64,000 bases of DNA from Myxococcales bacterium (GTDB lineage Bacteria > Myxococcota_A > Polyangia > Polyangiales > DASUME01). Positions 59,797-64,000 of the stretch are shown one piece after another. The stretch lies in the NCBI GenBank assembly GCA_047601445.1, contig JASGJH010000001.1, forward strand, positions 9,248,001-9,312,000, given 5' to 3'. The stretch's first letter is position 1. Each line of letters starts with the position of its first letter. The notes under the pieces were generated by a model that was given only the letters and a program-made list of their open reading frames with translations, was not told the origin of the DNA and ran no database searches. A program made the position numbers and the translations under genes.

Positions 59797-62605
59797 TCAC
59801 GGGCCGACCACTCGAAGGGCCTGATTGAAGCCCGAGACCTCCACCACCGGCGGGCTGCCGCCGAGGCTCGAGCGCGCATAGGTGGCCTTCAAGGTGCGGC
59901 TTTCGTTGGGCACGAGGGACACATAGTTGTCCTGCCACAGGACGGGTAAGACGGATTTGCCGGACTTGCCTGCCGTCAGTCTCAGTCGCGTGAAGAAGGC
60001 GATGTGCTCCGACCTATTGGTAAGGGTCACCGTGGTCTCCCCGCGATCGCCGTCTTGGGAAGACGTGGCGGAGATTTGGAGGTCGACCTTCGGCAAGGCG
60101 TCGAGTGCCGTGTAGTCGGCGAAGGACGACGTGGGCGAGTGATACCAATCGGAGGCCGCGAGATCGATCGTTTCAGGCTTGGTGGAGAGCCAGTAAAAGT
60201 TGTGGCTCAACGCCGAATTCCCGCGGGACAGCGAGAGCGCGACGAAGTAGGTCGCGGACAGTCCATCCAGGGAAGGAATCGTCAGCGCGCGGACGGACGA
60301 GTCAGCGGCAACGTCGATCGAACGCGACTTCTTCCAGCGCGAGCTCCCGTCGAGATTGTAGACGCCGACGTCGACCGTGAGACCAGGAGCAGCCTGCTGC
60401 GTATGGTTCAGCACGGCGACCGAGCCATCGTCGTAGGAGTACATGACGTGGAGGGCTTCGTTGCCCTTCTTGGCGCCGAAGTATGCGCCCGCTGCGCTGA
60501 GATCGTAGCCGTAGAGGTTCCAGATCAGCGATGGCCAGGCGCTGTTCAGCAGCCAGTGGATGATGCCTGTCGCCGACTGGTACTTATTCCTGCCGTAGGC
60601 TTCGAAGGGAGCCCGCTCCGCTTCGTAGTTCATCAGCTGCGCCTTCCTCACGTAGTCCGCGAGGCCCAGGGGCGCGCCGTGCCGCTGGCTCAAGGCTTCG
60701 TTGAAGAGCTGGAGCTGGCCGAAGTTGTAGGCGAGGCCATTGGTTCCGGCGTGGAACTGCTCGTCGTCCAGGCGAGTCCACAGCGACTCCTGCTGATCAG
60801 GATCGAGCATGGCCTGCACGGTCTCCAGCTCGGGAATCGAGGGACCTGGCCCGACCTCGGTGCTGAAGCCGAACGCTCCTCCATGTTGGGTGTCGAGCAG
60901 CCAGTACGAGGGGGCGATCCAGTCGTAGGGGCCGTTCATCTTGACACCGCTCGGCCCCAAGGTCGGCGTCGAGCGGTCAGCTGCGGAGGCCGTGATCGGA
61001 TTGGGCCAAGCCGCGGCGTCCAGGGCCGCGAGCGACTCACTCTCTACGGCAGCCGGCGGCGCTTCATCGCTCCCGATCAGAAAATCGATGGCACTCGGAT
61101 GATTGCGGAGACGGTTGGCCTGGGTAGTCAGCGAGGCGGCAGCGACGCGATGGTCCTCCTCACTCCAGTTCTTCCAGTCTTGCCAGTGGTCGCAGCACAT
61201 CCAGCCTGCGATCACCATGATGCCGTAGCGATCGGCGGCCTGATAGAAGGCGTCGGACTCGAACTTGCCCTCCAGGCGAATGGTGTTGAGGCCCAGGTCG
61301 CGCAAATAGCGAAACTGGGTGTCGAGGCGCTGCGCGTCCTCTCTCAGCAGCATGTCCGGCGAATACCCCGCTCCTCGGATCAAGACGCGCTTGCCGTTGA
61401 TCGAAAACAGAAGGTGACCCGCGGCGTCGAGGGTTGCCGACACGTCGCGAATGCCGAACTGGAAGTCTTGCCGGTCCGACTCCTTGCCGTCGACACTCGC
61501 GCTCAGGTTCAATTCGTATAGCTCTGGTCGCCCCATCTGCGCGGGCCACCAAAGCCGCGGTCGCTCGAACGTGAGCTTGGCGCTGCTGCGCGAATCGAGG
61601 CGGATGCGTTGGGTCTCCTGGGCCGCAAGGTCGAACTCTTCAACCACGACCACCTTCTCGATCTTCGCCGTCACGGTCGCGTGCACGGCGACGGAACGTC
61701 GTGTTCACGAGCCATGCCTCGATCGCGAGCTCGGCGGATGATCCTCCTTCGTTCAAGGCGCTCGTGACGTGCACATCGCGAAGCGCCACGGCACGGCTCT
61801 CCTTCAAGTACACGCTCTGCCAGATCCCCATGTCGAGGTCTGGAGGGGCAGGGTTCCAATCGAACCAAGAGAGCGCCAAGTCGTTCTGGAGATCCGGTGG
61901 CAGGACCTCGATAGCCAGTGCGTTCGCGCCCGCGTGGACCAGCCGGCTGACGTCCCATTCGTAGGCGGTGAATGTGCCCACGACTTCGTCGGCGTTCGCG
62001 ACCTGCATCCCGTTGAGCCAGACGTTGGCCCGGTAGTTGATGCCATCCAGGGCGAGAAACAGCGCGGGCCCGAAGTCGTCGGCGAGGACGAACTCGGTGC
62101 GGTACCACCAGGATGAGAGTGGAATCCAGCTCGAGTCTCCCTGGAAGAGATTGTCGCCGTAGTACGGCTCCGGATACTCGCCGTTGGCGACCAAACCCGC
62201 GAACACCGTGGCCGGCACGCTCACGGGGTGCCAATCGTCAGTGGGAAAGCCCACCTGTGAAAGCTCCTCGCCAGACGCGAGCTCTATCGACGAGGGCTCC
62301 ATACTCCAGCCGTCGTGAAGCACTCTGCGGCCATCGCCGCAGGTCGTGCACGCAGGCGCAACGTCATCGCCGGGGGCTTGGGCACCGTCGAGCGGGCCAG
62401 TCGGACCAGCATCGCGATCCGTCGGCGTGCTTCCATCGGCCTCATGCCCAGGTCGCTCATCGTTCGCGCACGCGATGAGCCCAAGAGTGCCGAGCAGCAG
62501 CAGCGAAACGTGCCCATGCGCGCGGCAGACTTCACCCGCGTACCGTGTGCTTCTGAACATAGGAAGATAGGCCGGGGGCCCATCTTGGAGCAACGCGGGC
62601 GTCAT
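59797..62605 (-). CDS. GH2 exo-beta-D-glucosaminidase (CsxA-like) lipoprotein, split by a +1 frameshift near 61695
   Basis: SVPATV, WWYRTEF, GINYRANVWLNG, GIWQ; then LWWP, FGIR, LNTIRLEGK, GWMCCDHW, IGSD, GVKMNGPYDWIAP, WPSLIW, DNYVSL. Start uncertain. Confidence 0.9.
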
Positions 62606-62725
62606 GGCGCATAGTAATTTGTAGATCCGGGCAAATCACCCCAGACGAGCGCTCCGCGCCTGCCCGGCGAGTGGCCCATCGCACCAGCCCCGGCTGGTTC
62701 GTCGCCCGACGCGCTCGACCCGCGC

Positions 62726-64000
62726 TCAGGCGAGGTTTGGCAGGGGGCCCGTGCAGAGCGCCGGGATGCCGAAGCTCGTCACGTCGTCGAGCCCCATCGC
62801 GTGGCACACCGAGAGCAGCAGGTTGTTGTGGGGCTGCCCGTCGCCCGAATACTGGAGATAGCGCCCCGTCGTGAAGGCTCCGCCGCCGCCCGCCAGGACC
62901 CATGGGATGTTCTTGTAGGTATGCGAGTTGCCGGCGCCGAGCTCGTTGCCCCAGAGCAGCACCGTGTTGTCGAGCAGGCTGGTGCCGTCCACCTCTTGCG
63001 TCTTCTGCAGGCCGTCCATCAGATAGGCGACCTGGGCGGCGTGCCAGGCGTTGATCGTCACCAGCTTCTCGTTGCTTGCCTGGTCGTCATCGCCGGCATG
63101 GGAGAGCTCATGATGCTCTTCGTTGACGCCGATCCACGGGTAGTACTGCCAGCTGTCCGCGTTGGCCCACATGAACGTGGAGACGCGCGTCAGATCGCAG
63201 GCATGGGCCAGCAGCATCAAGTCCATCTGCAAGCTGCCCACGGTCGGAAAATTCTCCATGGCGCGGGTGTCGATGCGGGCGGGTAAGGTGGGAGGCGCGC
63301 AGGCGTCGCCGGCGTGGGCGAGCCGCTGCTCGATGCCGCGCACGCCACTCAAGTGTGCCTCGAGCCTCGCTTTGTCATCGCTATTCATACGCGATTGCAG
63401 TCGCGTGATGTCGTCCTTCAAGAAGTCCAGCACGCTGCGACGTTCGGTGAGTACCCGTGCTAGCTCGCTAGCGCTGAGCTTGGCGTCCGCGAAGATGCGC
63501 TCGTACATCTTCCAGGGGTCGTCGACCGCCGTGTTGGGCTGATTCGCGCCGCGGTAGGAGATCACGCGCAGCGGCTCCTGGCCTTCGATGCGAACGCCGA
63601 ACTCGAGCGAAGGAAACTTGGTGTTTGCCCCGAAGCGATTGGCGATCAGTTGGTCCACGGAGATGCGATCGGCATAGCCGGCAGGTCCACCCGAGCCTGT
63701 GAAGCTGCCCGCCATCAGCGAGCCTCCGGTGAGCATGGCGCCCGGGCCCTTCATGTGCGGTCCGCCGGGCTTGTTCGTGCTCGCCACGCCGAGCTCGTCC
63801 TCGACCGTGGAGTTCATGTGCACGCCCTTGAGGACTACCAGGCGCTCGCGGTGATCCTTGAGCGGCTCGAGAATTCGACCCAGCGTGAGCGGAGCCGCGC
63901 TCTGCGTGCCGGCGGGGAAGAACTCGGAGGCCACTGTGCCGTTGGCGGAGAAGATACCGATGAAGCGCTTCGCGTTGGGCTTTTGGTCCGCCCCGAACGC
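62726..64000 (-). CDS. DUF1552 (HxxSH-type) protein, 5' end outside window
   Basis: KRFIGIFSANGT, ISVDQLIA, SLEFG, RSVLD, ACDLTRV, HHELSH, TSLLDNT, LAGG. Confidence 0.88.
   Translation of the reverse strand, partial: AFGADQKPNAKRFIGIFSANGTVASEFFPAGTQSAAPLTLGRILEPLKDHRERLVVLKGVHMNSTVEDELGVASTNKPGGPHMKGPGAMLTGGSLMAGSFTGSGGPAGYADRISVDQLIANRFGANTKFPSLEFGVRIEGQEPLRVISYRGANQPNTAVDDPWKMYERIFADAKLSASELARVLTERRSVLDFLKDDITRLQSRMNSDDKARLEAHLSGVRGIEQRLAHAGDACAPPTLPARIDTRAMENFPTVGSLQMDLMLLAHACDLTRVSTFMWANADSWQYYPWIGVNEEHHELSHAGDDDQASNEKLVTINAWHAAQVAYLMDGLQKTQEVDGTSLLDNTVLLWGNELGAGNSHTYKNIPWVLAGGGGAFTTGRYLQYSGDGQPHNNLLLSVCHAMGLDDVTSFGIPALCTGPLPNLA

Overview
A very GC-rich 64-kb bacterial window with gene content typical of Myxococcota (inferred from Ser/Thr kinases, four ECF sigma factors, many Cys-rich or low-complexity lipoproteins and a DUF1552-type gene). 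It holds about 52 CDSs: murA (5' part), hisC, zwf, an RND/MFP/TolC efflux set, two ABC permeases, several hydrolases (carboxylesterase, PHB-depolymerase-like esterase, MBL fold, GH172/DUF2961-like, GH2), a DyP peroxidase and one intact IS3-family element with inverted repeats, a 3-bp target duplication and an A7G slippery site. No rRNA, tRNA or CRISPR array was seen. Five genes are split by single-base insertions; three of these can be placed at the same GATCT context and are probably consensus errors. Best leads: (1) a twice-occurring module of membrane Ser/Thr kinase, exported TPR protein with a beta-signal-like C-terminus, and lipoprotein cargo, once with an ECF sigma lacking the DAED motif; (2) a ferritin-like/Fe-S/double-CDGSH fusion protein; (3) a dispersed family of REP-like palindromic elements that bracket and truncate lipoprotein genes; (4) a recurring DAG/DAS motif in exported proteins; (5) an SdpA/SdpB-like HTTM pair facing a pure Gly-Asp repeat lipoprotein. 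All family assignments come from reading motifs by eye; no searches were run.
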